Source of the DNA: a virus
Strand: one strand, 5' to 3'
DNA length: 64,000 bases
Virus record (IMG/VR): IMGVR_UViG_3300045972_000140
Location: 1-64,000 of that record
Below the pieces are notes generated by a model. That model saw only the letters and a program-made list of their open reading frames with translations, ran no database searches and was not told where the DNA came from. The position numbers and the translations under genes are program-made. Shown one piece after another: positions 1 through 10,585 of the stretch; the first letter of the stretch is position 1, and each line of letters starts with the position of its first letter.

Positions 1-560
1 GCAGAGGCTTCATCGCGTGCTGCTGAATCGTGATTATATTTGTTCATTTTTTCTATTGCAACTTGCGATGCTTTATACGGTGGTCTTGCTGGGCCAAAAA
101 TGAGTTCACTTGCTGTTGCTATATCAAGTGTATCTCCGGACTCTTGCAATGTTTTTATTACTTTGTCATCCTCTGCAAAATAGGAAATTGTCGACGTCCT
201 TAGCGCATCTAAATTGGCCTTATCTTCGGCATCAGACACATACGGAACATATTTTTCAATGTATTCTAATGCTACTTTTTTTGATGTACCTATTCTTTCA
301 ATTAACGATGCTGTTTCTTTACTATTTTTTGCAAGAGTAGTTATTACTGCCTGCGATTCTAGTCTCCGAACCATATCGATTTGTGTGCTTGCTATATTAG
401 TAATTTCGACGCTAGGTAGGGCGTTATTTGCAATATCATCTACTGCTACGTGAATTTTTTGAATTTGAAACAATGCAAATAAGCCTATCCCTGTAGTAAA
501 CAGCGCAGTTAGGGTAAAAGCTAATAATAATTTGTACTTGAGTTTAAGATTTGTGAACAT
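1..560 (-). CDS. Partial methyl-accepting chemotaxis/sensor protein (TM helix + 4HB_MCP-like periplasmic four-helix bundle); runs off window start
   Basis: Not in the ORF track because it has no stop in the window. Translates MFTNLKLKYKLLLAFTLTALFTTGIGLFALFQIQKIHVAVDDIANNALPSVEI..., a typical 4HB_MCP N-terminus. GGAG RBS at 566-569 and GATAAATA at 588-595. Confidence 0.7.
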   Translation of the reverse strand, partial: MFTNLKLKYKLLLAFTLTALFTTGIGLFALFQIQKIHVAVDDIANNALPSVEITNIASTQIDMVRRLESQAVITTLAKNSKETASLIERIGTSKKVALEYIEKYVPYVSDAEDKANLDALRTSTISYFAEDDKVIKTLQESGDTLDIATASELIFGPARPPYKASQVAIEKMNKYNHDSAARDEAS

Positions 561-607
561 AGTGACTCCGTGTGTGGTATATCACATTATTTATCACATA
601 TCAAGAG

Positions 608-627
608 AATGGGGCCGAAGCCCCATT
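608..627 (-). terminator. Hairpin closing the tmRNA transcript
   Basis: AATGGGGC-TTCG-GCCCCATT on the minus strand; weak U-tract. Confidence 0.6.
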
Positions 628-942
628 GGTTGTTTCTTTTACAAGGTAAGTCCTACCTCGTTGTGGCCCTTAGGCTACAAGTGCGAACTTTTCGTCTGCG
701 TTTACTTATTTTCTTCTTTTTACATCGTTGCTGATGTGCTGTCTACTTATGTACTTTTTGCGGAGTCGATCCTGTGTCATCCCCATTAGTAAGAACTTTA
801 GGTGTATTGAGATGTCATTAAAAAGAGGAGATCTCCGGGATACCAAACCTGATCACTTAAGATTCAAAAATTCTTACTGGTGGAGATGCCGGGCACTGCC
901 CCCGGGTGTTCCACTCATTTCTATTTGCTTCATACAGCAATA
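628..942 (-). ncRNA. ssrA: Circularly permuted (two-piece) tmRNA
   Basis: The acceptor piece ends CCGGG-GGCAGTG-CCCGG-CATCTCC-A-CCA (878). A self-complementary intervening segment follows, then a coding piece starting GGGGATGACACAGGATCGAC (784). The stem has G3.U70 and A73. Tag frame 699-670 reads ADEKFALVA*. Confidence 0.9.
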
Positions 943-948
943 ACTTCT

Positions 949-977
949 ACTGTAACACTATTTAGTGTCTATGTCAA
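949..977 (-). promoter_or_regulatory. Sigma70-type promoter of tmRNA
   Basis: TTGACA-17nt-TACAGT; palindrome ACACTA-TT-TAGTGT in the spacer. Confidence 0.7.
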
Positions 978-1901
978 TTATTCTTTAAAATATTCAATGG
1001 TTTTTAATAAACCGGTTTCTAAGTTAACAGTTGGTTTCCACTTTAATAGTTTCTTTGCAACAGTAATATCGGGCTGGCGTTGCTTTGGATCATCTTCCGG
1101 GAGTGGTTTATATAATATGCTGCTAGATGATCCTGTAAGTTTTATAACCTTTTCTGCCAATTCTAATATAGTAAATTCGGAAGGATTACCTATGTTAATA
1201 GGCCCTGTTATATTATCATCTGTTGCCATTAACGCCATCATGCCATCAATTAAATCATCCACATAGCAAAAGCTACGTGTTTGGTCACCTTGACCGTAAA
1301 CAGTAATATCTTGTTGGTTTAGTGCCTGAACAATAAAGTTGCTAACAACTCTACCATCACCTTCTGCCATTCGTGGACCATATGTGTTGAATATACGCAT
1401 TATCTTTACGCGCACATCGTGCATACGGTGATAATCCATAAACAATGTTTCTGCTGCGCGTTTACCTTCATCGTAGCAACTACGAATTCCTACGGGATTT
1501 ACATTACCCCAATATTCTTCAACTTGAGGATGAACAACAGGATCTCCATATACTTCTGATGTTGATGCTTGCAATATTTTAGCGCCTGTGCGTTTTGCAA
1601 GTCCTAGCATATTGTATGCACCTAGGACACTTGTTTTCATTGTCTGAATAGGATCGTGCTGATAATACTTAGGACTAGCGGGACAGGCTAAGTTATAAAT
1701 TTGATCTACTTCTATATATAGTGGAAAACAGACATCTTGCCTAATAACTTCAAAATTCTTAAAATCAAGTAGGTGATTTATATTGTCTTTACTACCAGTG
1801 AAATAGTTATCCACACACAATACGTGATGACCTTGTTTAACTAACCTATCACAGAGGTGACTACCAATGAAGCCGGCTCCGCCCGTAACTAATATTTTCA
1901 T
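978..1901 (-). CDS. UDP-glucuronate decarboxylase (UDP-xylose synthase-like), NAD-dependent epimerase/dehydratase family
   Basis: [38 protein letters not shown] motifs; start moved to the ATG at 1901. Confidence 0.9.
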   Translation of the reverse strand: MKILVTGGAGFIGSHLCDRLVKQGHHVLCVDNYFTGSKDNINHLLDFKNFEVIRQDVCFPLYIEVDQIYNLACPASPKYYQHDPIQTMKTSVLGAYNMLGLAKRTGAKILQASTSEVYGDPVVHPQVEEYWGNVNPVGIRSCYDEGKRAAETLFMDYHRMHDVRVKIMRIFNTYGPRMAEGDGRVVSNFIVQALNQQDITVYGQGDQTRSFCYVDDLIDGMMALMATDDNITGPINIGNPSEFTILELAEKVIKLTGSSSSILYKPLPEDDPKQRQPDITVAKKLLKWKPTVNLETGLLKTIEYFKE

Positions 1902-1905
1902 TATA

Positions 1906-3225
1906 TTATAAATTCTTACAGTGAATATAAAATTCACCAAGTTCAGGAAATACATCTGCAAAATTAACATTTAATATCTTACTAGTTTTTTCCATTTCAG
2001 TATAAAACTTTTTTAAAATATAAGGATCGGCCGGAGGTGCCGATAATATACCTGCCTTGATAGATTTTAGAAAATTAATATAATCTTGTTTGAATATTTT
2101 GTTGCGATATTGATTATTTTCCATGAAATTAATCGCATAATCTATGTACACAGAAAAGGATGCAGGTAAATTAAATGCAAATAGATACTTCGGTGTTGCT
2201 ACCATACTAATCGGTAATCCAATAAATTTATTATATTTGTCGATTAATGCTTTATGCCATTTTAAAAATTCAACAAATCGCGGAATGGCCAATAAATTTA
2301 TAACAGGATGTATGGTAATCATTTCGGGATGAACATTGGAGGACATTAATAGGTGTACATTTTTTTCAAAATTATCCCACTTGAGTTTTGTCCTTATAAA
2401 TTCTGCTTGCGTACCAATCGACTCCATACTTATAGAAACATATACCCGAAATATGGTGGAAAGTTTTTCAATATATTCTAAAAATTTTACAAATTGTTTT
2501 TCCGGAGTGTTTAAATTAGTAACGATAGATAGTTGTACTGTGTGTGGCGTGAAATCTTTGTATATGTCCATTAATTTATCCATGTACACATAAAATTCCG
2601 GCATAATTGTAGGCTCGCCCCCGAGTATAGAAATTGAACGTATATTATTCTTCGATGTATTGATCCATTGCCATGCACCCGATACAAATACATTATCCTG
2701 AATGTTAAGATTAACAGTCTTATATCTGCTAAGTTCTATTGATTTTTCGTTTAGTTTTCTCAACGCCCATTGTGTGCTACTATTCTCGTTACAATAGACA
2801 CACTGTAAATCGCATAAATTACTCAACACAATCTCTGCACGATCTATATATGTACTTTCTAAAATTTTACTGTTTATGTCTACAGACTTCGATATTTCTT
2901 GTAAATCTGTTGTTCCAAATTCGTGTAGTAATCGTTCACCTAGGATCTCTTGGACATTATTTCCATCTCTAAGCCGCATACTAATTGCACCAGAATCTTC
3001 TACCTTCCAGCATTCGGTACAATCTTCGTGCCTTACCCCGGTAAGAGACATCAGCCGTTTTTGTTTTTCAAATTCTGTGTTTAAGAAAAAATCTGTGTTG
3101 CCCATTTCATTAATATTAACCGATCTATCGGGGCTCTTACAACACATTTTAAATGTCGATTTTGAGGTATTTATAATAGGGTACGCCCAAAGATGCGTGC
3201 ATATTGTGCGTGATATATCGGCCAT
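1906..3225 (-). CDS. Radical SAM protein with N-terminal Cys-rich (twitch-like) region
   Basis: CDLQCVYC (CX3CX2C), GGEP, N-terminal CC...CxxCW..E. Confidence 0.85.
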   Translation of the reverse strand: MADISRTICTHLWAYPIINTSKSTFKMCCKSPDRSVNINEMGNTDFFLNTEFEKQKRLMSLTGVRHEDCTECWKVEDSGAISMRLRDGNNVQEILGERLLHEFGTTDLQEISKSVDINSKILESTYIDRAEIVLSNLCDLQCVYCNENSSTQWALRKLNEKSIELSRYKTVNLNIQDNVFVSGAWQWINTSKNNIRSISILGGEPTIMPEFYVYMDKLMDIYKDFTPHTVQLSIVTNLNTPEKQFVKFLEYIEKLSTIFRVYVSISMESIGTQAEFIRTKLKWDNFEKNVHLLMSSNVHPEMITIHPVINLLAIPRFVEFLKWHKALIDKYNKFIGLPISMVATPKYLFAFNLPASFSVYIDYAINFMENNQYRNKIFKQDYINFLKSIKAGILSAPPADPYILKKFYTEMEKTSKILNVNFADVFPELGEFYIHCKNL

Positions 3226-3228
3226 TGC

Positions 3229-3498
3229 TTATTTACAAGCGTTAAACTTTGATAATAATTCTATCTCGTAACCTAAGCTTAAATCTCTGTCGGACAACAA
3301 GCATTTTGTCTTATCAAAAATATCCGATGTGTCTGTTAATTTACCAAAACAATAATCGGGAGTAACTGGTGCAACTTCTTTGCAAGGTACCGCAACAGGT
3401 ACTTCTACTTTTTGCGTAACAACTTTTACAGTTGGTTCTGTTGTTGCACAACCCGCCAAGCACAATAATGAAACTAAAATTAATTTATTTGTTAGCAT
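3229..3498 (-). CDS. Putative o-spanin (Rz1-like lipoprotein)
   Basis: Signal peptide with lipobox LAGC, Pro/Val-rich; overlaps the upstream TM/coiled-coil gene. Confidence 0.65.
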   Translation of the reverse strand: MLTNKLILVSLLCLAGCATTEPTVKVVTQKVEVPVAVPCKEVAPVTPDYCFGKLTDTSDIFDKTKCLLSDRDLSLGYEIELLSKFNACK

Positions 3499-3889
3499 TT
3501 TTTAATACCTCATTGATAAGAGAATTTGCGGCATCGCACTTTGGTATGTTTGCTTCTGCTTGGCGCTTTAATAAATCAGCCGCTTGCTGTCTATAGGTAT
3601 TTGCCGTATCTTGAGCTTTTTTAACCTCGACTGCGTGTGCCGCAACTCGTGCATCGGCATCTAACTTTAGCTTGTCAATTGCTGTATTTTGAGCCTGTAT
3701 ATCATTTTGCAATTGTTTAAGATTGGCCTGCGATTCTGTAAGTTGCGTTGTAATTGTTGCTTTTTCGGCTACCAATGTTGCTTTTTCAGATTTTAGAATT
3801 TGTATATACCCGAAACCTCCTGCAAGAATAGCAACCAATATCAGCCCAATTACTAGATTTTTGTTGTTTAATAAGAATGATAGAAACAT
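3485..3889 (-). CDS. Putative i-spanin (Rz-like)
   Basis: Single N-terminal TM helix followed by a long coiled coil with a C-terminal Cys; overlaps the lipoprotein gene. Confidence 0.65.
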   Translation of the reverse strand: MFLSFLLNNKNLVIGLILVAILAGGFGYIQILKSEKATLVAEKATITTQLTESQANLKQLQNDIQAQNTAIDKLKLDADARVAAHAVEVKKAQDTANTYRQQAADLLKRQAEANIPKCDAANSLINEVLKNANK

Positions 3890-3974
3890 ATTGTTCTCCT
3901 TTTATCTTATTTATCATTAAGTAAGCAGATAAATATGTTATGCGAACCAATATTCATTTACAAATAAATACAGT

Positions 3975-5078
3975 ATGAACAAAGATTACAGATGCACTTT
4001 GCCATTTACGGGACTTACCCGATTACATCTTCACTTAAAAGAAGTAGTGCCTTGCTGTAAAATAAAGTCGTGGAAATATGACGATGAATTACTAACAGAA
4101 AAACACATTGCACTTCGACAAGATATTATAGACAATGTAAAAAGCCCGCTTTGCAAATCCTGTTGGGACATAGAAGACGAAGGTGGATATTCGTATAGAC
4201 AACGTAGATCAGAGCACTTTGCCACTGGATGGAATATTACAGATGCAACTGCACCTATTACAAAAATAGAGGTAAAGTTTTCAAATAAATGTCAGTTGAT
4301 GTGTATGTATTGTGGGCCGGATAATTCTACAATGTGGGAAACCGCACATACAATGAAATATCCAATTACTGCCGGATATTACACATCGCACAGCATAAAG
4401 ATAGAAGATGCCGTAGACGTTTCTAAATTAACAGAAGTACGAGTAACTGGTGGCGAACCTATGTTAGAAGAACAGTGTATTGATTTTTTACTGAAATTAC
4501 CGTATAACAAAGATAGAAAATTATCTATAATTACTAACTTATCATACGGTGATACAACAATAAATGAATTATTAAAAATCACAAAGTTGCATCCTAATAT
4601 AGATGTATTATGTAGTTTAGATGCAATAGGCGAAAACATAACTAGACGATTCCTAAATTGGAAACTTTGGGAAAGAAACTATTATTCGTTACTTGACGAT
4701 TTACAACTTCGTAGGAAAGAAAATCCTACCGCAACTGTACAAATATTAGTGACAGTTAATATACTAAATTATAAGAATTTACAGGAAATTATTAATTATC
4801 ACATAAACAATATTAAGAACGGATATCAGGGTATTCACTTTGTTCTTAACTATGTTAGTTTGGATGAAAAATTATCTATTAAGTCCAAGGAAGTTGATCG
4901 AGGATATAAAATAGTAATATCAGAAGACGATAGTGCCCTGCTATCGAAAATAGAAAGAAATATGATAGAATCGATGAATAGTCTACTAGATACTATTACT
5001 GTAGATAAAGAGTTAGAACAACAAACTGAGAATTTTTTAAAAGAATATAATGACTATACGCCCAATAAAAATACATAA
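3975..5078 (+). CDS. Radical SAM protein (twitch-like N-terminus)
   Basis: CQLMCMYC, TGGEP, PCC...CKSCW. Confidence 0.85.
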   Translation: MNKDYRCTLPFTGLTRLHLHLKEVVPCCKIKSWKYDDELLTEKHIALRQDIIDNVKSPLCKSCWDIEDEGGYSYRQRRSEHFATGWNITDATAPITKIEVKFSNKCQLMCMYCGPDNSTMWETAHTMKYPITAGYYTSHSIKIEDAVDVSKLTEVRVTGGEPMLEEQCIDFLLKLPYNKDRKLSIITNLSYGDTTINELLKITKLHPNIDVLCSLDAIGENITRRFLNWKLWERNYYSLLDDLQLRRKENPTATVQILVTVNILNYKNLQEIINYHINNIKNGYQGIHFVLNYVSLDEKLSIKSKEVDRGYKIVISEDDSALLSKIERNMIESMNSLLDTITVDKELEQQTENFLKEYNDYTPNKNT

Positions 5079-6039
5079 AACAAAAGAACAGAATTCAAGA
5101 CTGATTGAATGGAAATTAGGTAATACATGTAATTACGATTGTTCCTTTTGTGATATCAGTAATAAAGCAAGAGACCAACCTTGGTTAGATATCGACGTAT
5201 GTAAACATGTATGTACAAAATTAATGGCACAAGCAGATAGTGCTGGGAAGAAAATATTTTTTCAATTTACTGGAGGAGAGCCGACATTATATCCTAACTT
5301 CTTAGAACTTTGCAAATTCGTATCAGACAATGGACATTTTGTTAAAGTATTAACAAACGGAAGTAGGACAATGCGCTGGTGGGAAGAAATAGCAGAAGCC
5401 AACGTGCTTAATACATTATATCTAACTATACACACCGAACAAAATCCAGATATAGATCATTTAATTAAATTAATAAAACTGTTCGAAAAGAAACCTGTAT
5501 TTGTATTAGCCCAGTCTACGGCACCTGTAAATATATTCAATGAAGCATATGCTGCACATAAAAAAATTCTCGAGAGCACAGCGGTATGTGCAAGTTTAAA
5601 ACCTATCAATACTGGGCACAAACATCTTTCATTTATAGACAAATATACAGATGAACAGTTGGAAATATTAAAAGCTAATGGATTAATTAAAAGTGAAAAC
5701 TATCGAGGTACAAAAGCAGAACCAACAAATTGGCACGGCTCGGACTTGGAAGTAACATATTCGGATAATTCTACTAGTGTAATGTCTGCCCATAGAATTT
5801 TGACAACTAAACAAAATACCTATCAAGGATGGGATTGTTCTGTCGGAATGGATTATTTAACAATTATACACGACAAAGCATATCGTGGTATATGTAGGCA
5901 GGGCGGATCTATTTGGTCAATTTATGACGACAACATAGGATTCATGATGGAGCCTATTAATTGCAAAAGCGAAAGATGTACATGCCTTGCTGACCTAAGC
6001 GAAAACAAAATAGATCCAACATTTAAAAATAATGTATAA
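5050..6039 (+). CDS. Radical SAM protein with C-terminal Cys cluster
   Basis: CNYDCSFC, TGGEP, TNGSR, C-terminal C..C..CxxxxCxC. Confidence 0.85.
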   Translation: MTIRPIKIHKTKEQNSRLIEWKLGNTCNYDCSFCDISNKARDQPWLDIDVCKHVCTKLMAQADSAGKKIFFQFTGGEPTLYPNFLELCKFVSDNGHFVKVLTNGSRTMRWWEEIAEANVLNTLYLTIHTEQNPDIDHLIKLIKLFEKKPVFVLAQSTAPVNIFNEAYAAHKKILESTAVCASLKPINTGHKHLSFIDKYTDEQLEILKANGLIKSENYRGTKAEPTNWHGSDLEVTYSDNSTSVMSAHRILTTKQNTYQGWDCSVGMDYLTIIHDKAYRGICRQGGSIWSIYDDNIGFMMEPINCKSERCTCLADLSENKIDPTFKNNV

Positions 6040-7090
6040 GCTAGAGAATATAAAACAAGTACACCTAGAAATGACAGAGCGGTGTCAAGCCGCTTGCCCT
6101 ATGTGTCCTCGTATGAATTCGAAAGGAGAAGTTAATCCACGATTAACAATGAGCGAATTATCGTTTGACGATTTTGTAAAGATATTTCCTCCCGACTTTA
6201 TAAAACAATTAGATAAACTAAACATGTGTGGCAACTTCGGTGACCCTGCTGCTGCCAAAGACACATTAGAAGTATTTAGATATATTAGATTACATAATCC
6301 AACTATGGTACTTGAAATGTTTACTAACGGTGGGCTCAGGCATACCGAGTGGTGGATTGAATTGGCGCACATCCTAGGTAAAAATGGTAGGGTTATTTTT
6401 AGTGTAGATGGGTTAGAAGATACTAATCACATATACAGAAAAAATGTTAATTGGGGTATTCTAAGAAATAATATTGTGGCGTTTATAAATGCAGGTGGTA
6501 GGGCAGTTTGGGAATTTCTTATCTTTGCACACAATCAACATCAATTAGAAGAAGCAAGGGCATTAAGTAAAGAATTAGGATTTATTAGTATAGTGTTTAA
6601 AAAAAGTTCAAGATTTCACATCGACCTAAATACTGTTCGTACAGCAATAGTAAAACACAAAGGAGTTACTACCGAAATAACTGCACCTACCCAGGAATAT
6701 CAAAATATAGTTTCAACCAAGCAAACTCCTATACTTCAAAAATATGGGTCCGATAATGAGTTTTGTAATAAGACTGCTATATCATGTAAAGCAATAACCC
6801 GTAGTGGCATTTTTATCTCAGCAGAAGGATTAATGATGCCTTGTTGCTGGCTTGGCGGAGCAATGTATTGGAATGTTAAAGAAGAAAACGAGATATGGAA
6901 ACTAATAGATCAAATAGGTGGAAAAGATAAATTAGATGCAAGGAACGGACTAGCTACTGTTTTTAATTCAGGTATATTAGAACTTATACAAGATAGTTGG
7001 AATAAATCAAGTGTGGCAGACGGAAGGTTGCTTACCTGTATTAGAACATGTAGTTCAGAATTTGACCCAATAGGCTCACAATATGTATAA
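6032..7090 (+). CDS. Radical SAM protein with SPASM/twitch-like C-terminus
   Basis: CQAACPMC, GNFGDP, PCCW, CIRTC. Confidence 0.85.
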   Translation: MYKLENIKQVHLEMTERCQAACPMCPRMNSKGEVNPRLTMSELSFDDFVKIFPPDFIKQLDKLNMCGNFGDPAAAKDTLEVFRYIRLHNPTMVLEMFTNGGLRHTEWWIELAHILGKNGRVIFSVDGLEDTNHIYRKNVNWGILRNNIVAFINAGGRAVWEFLIFAHNQHQLEEARALSKELGFISIVFKKSSRFHIDLNTVRTAIVKHKGVTTEITAPTQEYQNIVSTKQTPILQKYGSDNEFCNKTAISCKAITRSGIFISAEGLMMPCCWLGGAMYWNVKEENEIWKLIDQIGGKDKLDARNGLATVFNSGILELIQDSWNKSSVADGRLLTCIRTCSSEFDPIGSQYV

Positions 7091-8165
7091 AATAGAAAAT
7101 ATAAAACAAGTGCACCTAGAGATAACTGAGAAGTGCCAAGCAGGATGTGCAATGTGTGGAAGAACATGGGGAGCGGGTAACGTTAATCCAAGATTAACAA
7201 TGAGCGAATTATCATTAGAAGATTGTAAAACTATATTCCCTGTCGAATTTGTGAAACAACTGCACCATATATTTTTATGTGGTACGTTTGGTGATCCTGC
7301 TGCTGCTAAAGATACACTTGAAGTTTTTAAGTATTTTAGAGAATGCAACCCCGACTTAATACTAACAATGCATACAAATGGCGGGCTCAGGAATACAGCA
7401 TGGTGGACTGAATTGGCCCAAGTTTTGAGTAATCGTGGAAGTAAGGTAGTTTTTAGTGTAGACGGATTACAAGATACTAATCACATATATAGACAAAATG
7501 TTAATTGGGATATAGTCGAAAGTAATATGAGAACGTTTATAAGTGCAGGTGGCAATGCGGTATGGGAATATCTTATTTTTCAACATAATCAACATCAAAT
7601 TGAAGAGGCAAGGGCGCTAAGTGAAGAAATAGGATTTAAGAACATATTGTTTAAGAAAAGTGCAAGATTCTCGGGCAACTTGGATTCATTGAAATCAGAT
7701 GTGACGTTTAAAACTAGGAGAGGAGAATCGGTGATATTAGCAGAACCCGATTCTCCTCATCAAAATATTGAAAAAACAAAACAAGCATCTGTGCTAACAC
7801 AATATGGAACAAGCGAAAACTATTACAACACTACACCAATATCATGTAAAGCAATAAACGAGTCATCGATCTACATAACAGCGGAAGGATTATTTTTGCC
7901 GTGTTGTTGGCTAGCAGGACCTATGTATAATTGGTCAGACGATAATATAGATTATAAACAAAACGATGTTTGGAAACTAATAGACAAAGTAGGTGGAAAG
8001 AGTAAGCTCGATGCAAGGAAAGGACTAACTAATGTTTTTAATTCAGGTATATTGGAAATGATAGAAAAAGGATGGAGTACAGATCGCGAACACGGCAGAA
8101 TATTTCGATGTGCACAAGTATGCGGCATAGGATATTCACCATATAGTGTAGAAATAACAAAATGA
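7083..8165 (+). CDS. Radical SAM protein, tandem paralogue of 6032-7090
   Basis: CQAGCAMC, GTFGDP, PCCW, CAQVC; long identical stretches with the upstream gene. Confidence 0.85.
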   Translation: MYKIENIKQVHLEITEKCQAGCAMCGRTWGAGNVNPRLTMSELSLEDCKTIFPVEFVKQLHHIFLCGTFGDPAAAKDTLEVFKYFRECNPDLILTMHTNGGLRNTAWWTELAQVLSNRGSKVVFSVDGLQDTNHIYRQNVNWDIVESNMRTFISAGGNAVWEYLIFQHNQHQIEEARALSEEIGFKNILFKKSARFSGNLDSLKSDVTFKTRRGESVILAEPDSPHQNIEKTKQASVLTQYGTSENYYNTTPISCKAINESSIYITAEGLFLPCCWLAGPMYNWSDDNIDYKQNDVWKLIDKVGGKSKLDARKGLTNVFNSGILEMIEKGWSTDREHGRIFRCAQVCGIGYSPYSVEITK

Positions 8166-9082
8166 TTTTTGATTTAACAACTTACGATGTAGTTTTTATT
8201 AGTTACGACGAACCAAATGCAGAACAAAATTGGGAAGATTTAATAACAAAAGTACCAAAGGCAAAGCGAGTGCACGGTGTGAAAGGGCTTGCTACTGCTC
8301 ACCGCACTGCAGGTAGGTTATCGACCACTGATAAGACAATAACAATAGACGGTGATAATAGATTATTCAAAGACCTTACTAACAAGTCTTTTGAAATAAA
8401 TGACGAATGCGACTTTAAAGAAATACTATTGAACTGGCCAAGTAAAAATATTATAAACGGGCTAGAATACGGCAATGGCGGTATTAAATTATGGCCAACT
8501 CATATATTAGCAAATTGCAGTACAGACGAGTTTGCAATAAAAGGGACCCCGCAGCAAGTAGATTACAGCTACGGTTTAAAAAATCAAATTACATTCCATG
8601 AGTGTTATTCGTATATCTATCCAAATGCTAGTCCGTTACAGGCATGGCGTGCTGGTTTCAGAGAAGGGGTTAAATTAGGGCTAAAGCGTGGAGTAAAAAT
8701 TGATGACTTGGCAGACTACTGGCCGGGCGGACGCAAGCGGTTATCATTATGGATGACTGTGGGCGCCGATGTAGAAAATGGTATATGGTCAATATTAGGT
8801 GCGAGACAAGGTTGTTACCTAACTCAATTTACAGACTGGGATATGTCTAACAACGGTGATTTTGATTATCTCAACAATTATTTCCAAAATAATGTTGCAA
8901 TTCTGTCTGAAGAAGAAGCGTTAATAGAATGTGTTAAGCTAGGCAAGATAATAGGTCACAAATTTGAAATTTGTGACCCATTTACTGCCGAACAAAGTAA
9001 GTTTGTAAAAAACATGAACCCTGATCCGGATGCACAAGAGCGGTCAGGTTGGCATTGGGTTTCTAAACCACAGTGGGATTAG
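8162..9082 (+). CDS. Putative glycosyltransferase-like protein (GT-A-type DxD)
   Basis: DVVFISYDEPNA, IDGDN (DxD), YGNGG, WRAGFREGVK; family assignment by recollection. Confidence 0.5.
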   Translation: MIFDLTTYDVVFISYDEPNAEQNWEDLITKVPKAKRVHGVKGLATAHRTAGRLSTTDKTITIDGDNRLFKDLTNKSFEINDECDFKEILLNWPSKNIINGLEYGNGGIKLWPTHILANCSTDEFAIKGTPQQVDYSYGLKNQITFHECYSYIYPNASPLQAWRAGFREGVKLGLKRGVKIDDLADYWPGGRKRLSLWMTVGADVENGIWSILGARQGCYLTQFTDWDMSNNGDFDYLNNYFQNNVAILSEEEALIECVKLGKIIGHKFEICDPFTAEQSKFVKNMNPDPDAQERSGWHWVSKPQWD

Positions 9083-9834
9083 TCAAAGCCTAGGTTTTGT
9101 TTAATCCAGTCCCAGTTCCCTATAACATCCTGCGGGCGACTGTTATTTTGTTTAAACAAGGTGATAGGTTTTTTAACAATATCTAATTCAAGATCTCTGG
9201 TTGCAAAATACTCTTGTAACCTGTTCAACATAGTGTCTAGATGATAGTTCTCAAAATCATCTTCGTACACTAGATGTAAATTAGATCTATTTCTAGATTT
9301 TAAATTTTTCTCAACCTTTTCCCAATATATAATTGAGCTGTATTCATCCTTAATAAATTCATCAGCTGTTGTTAAAATCTTTAATTCAGATGTATCAACC
9401 TTAAACCATTTTTCTATTTTACCGGCCTGCATAAAACTTGTAAACCGTTTGAGTTTATTACGCCTCTTCACTGTAATAAAAATGGCATCATCTAAATCAA
9501 ACAAGAAATACAAATTAAACTGATCAAGGTAGTGACGTTGTATTTTTATTACCTTTGTGCGTGGATCAAGCTCATCCATAATTGCTAACGATCTTTGCGG
9601 GTTAGCACGTATTGCTTCTATGAGTGGTATAGTCTCGTTTGGTACGTTATATTCCTCCGAAAAACGCACTCTTTCGTGATCCTCGAGTAATAGCAAGCTG
9701 TCTGGGTTACTATTGCTTATGTGCGTACTAAAAAACTCGTTTAACACACGCAGACGTGGAAAACATTCTAATATTTCGCACAGTAGATTACTGCCCGATC
9801 TAGGCTCTGCAAATATAACAATTAATCTAGACAT
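9079..9834 (-). CDS. Sulfotransferase-like protein (Stf0-like)
   Basis: N-terminal PRSGSNLL PAPS-binding loop, RRNKL..S, YED; start set at MSRLIV. Confidence 0.65.
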   Translation of the reverse strand: MSRLIVIFAEPRSGSNLLCEILECFPRLRVLNEFFSTHISNSNPDSLLLLEDHERVRFSEEYNVPNETIPLIEAIRANPQRSLAIMDELDPRTKVIKIQRHYLDQFNLYFLFDLDDAIFITVKRRNKLKRFTSFMQAGKIEKWFKVDTSELKILTTADEFIKDEYSSIIYWEKVEKNLKSRNRSNLHLVYEDDFENYHLDTMLNRLQEYFATRDLELDIVKKPITLFKQNNSRPQDVIGNWDWIKQNLGFD

Positions 9835-9875
9835 ATATACTCCGTTAAACACATATTTATCGAGCACAAACGACG

Positions 9876-9908
9876 AAGCCCCTAGTACCGGTTAAGATAC
9901 TAGGGGCG
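9876..9908 (-). terminator. Hairpin marking the 3' end of the tRNA array
   Basis: GCCCCTAGTA...TACTAGGGGC inverted repeat just downstream of the last tRNA; imperfect U-tract. Confidence 0.55.
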
Positions 9909-9917
9909 TCTATTGTG

Positions 9918-9992
9918 TGGACCCGCCTACAGGAATCGAACCTGTATCCCTACGTTCGTAGCGTAGTGTACTATCCATTGTACTAAGGCGAG
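9918..9992 (-). tRNA. tRNA-Arg(ACG)
   Basis: Cloverleaf, CTACG-CT ACG AA-CGTAG, encoded CCA. Confidence 0.9.
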
Positions 9993-10003
9993 TTAAATTA
10001 AAA

Positions 10004-10056
10004 CAGAATGCGATTTGGTTTCATTTTCAATTGAATTTAATTGCTGAATGCATTCT
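10004..10056 (-). ncRNA. CNGCAA stem-loop RNA copy 1
   Basis: AGAATGC-ATT-CAGCAA...GCATTCT-G; inner hairpin with TT GAA AA. Confidence 0.6.
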
Positions 10057-10063
10057 TTAAATT

Positions 10064-10140
10064 TGGTACCCCTCCCCGGATTCGAACCGGGATCCAACAG
10101 ATTTTAAATCTGGCCGCACTACCAATTAGCGTACAGGGGC
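10064..10140 (-). tRNA. tRNA-Leu(TAA), short variable arm
   Basis: Loop TT TAA AA, 77 nt, A73, CCA. Confidence 0.85.
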
Positions 10141-10216
10141 ATAAATTCGATAATGTAGCGGGTCAACTTCTTCAGGGATTAGACATACCACTTGCTCTCG
10201 TTGCAAGCTTCTCAAA

Positions 10217-10585
10217 TTATGTAACTTCACCAAGCTCTGCCTGTAATTTCTTTAACAGTGCAATCTTGGAATCTTTATCTTTTAAATCTTTCTTATATTT
10301 CTTTAGTCTAGCAGCTTCGGCGCGGGCAACCTTTTCTTTTTCTAATTTTGCTGCTTCTTCTTTTGCTCTTGCAATTTCCTCAGAAACAGTTTTTGCAACA
10401 AAGTCTTTAATATTGGTTGGTTGTTCAATTATCTTAAAACCTTTACGATATGATGCATTCTGCAATACCACAAAATCTTCATGGGATATTTCTTCCCATT
10501 CTGTTATACTATTTACAATGTGGCGATAATCGTCATCATAATCATAGATGTCAGTTGTTATAAGAATTGCTACTTTGTGTGTCAT
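10217..10585 (-). CDS. Hypothetical protein with C-terminal coiled coil
   Basis: 122 aa, GAGG RBS, same strand as the array. Confidence 0.7.
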   Translation of the reverse strand: MTHKVAILITTDIYDYDDDYRHIVNSITEWEEISHEDFVVLQNASYRKGFKIIEQPTNIKDFVAKTVSEEIARAKEEAAKLEKEKVARAEAARLKKYKKDLKDKDSKIALLKKLQAELGEVT

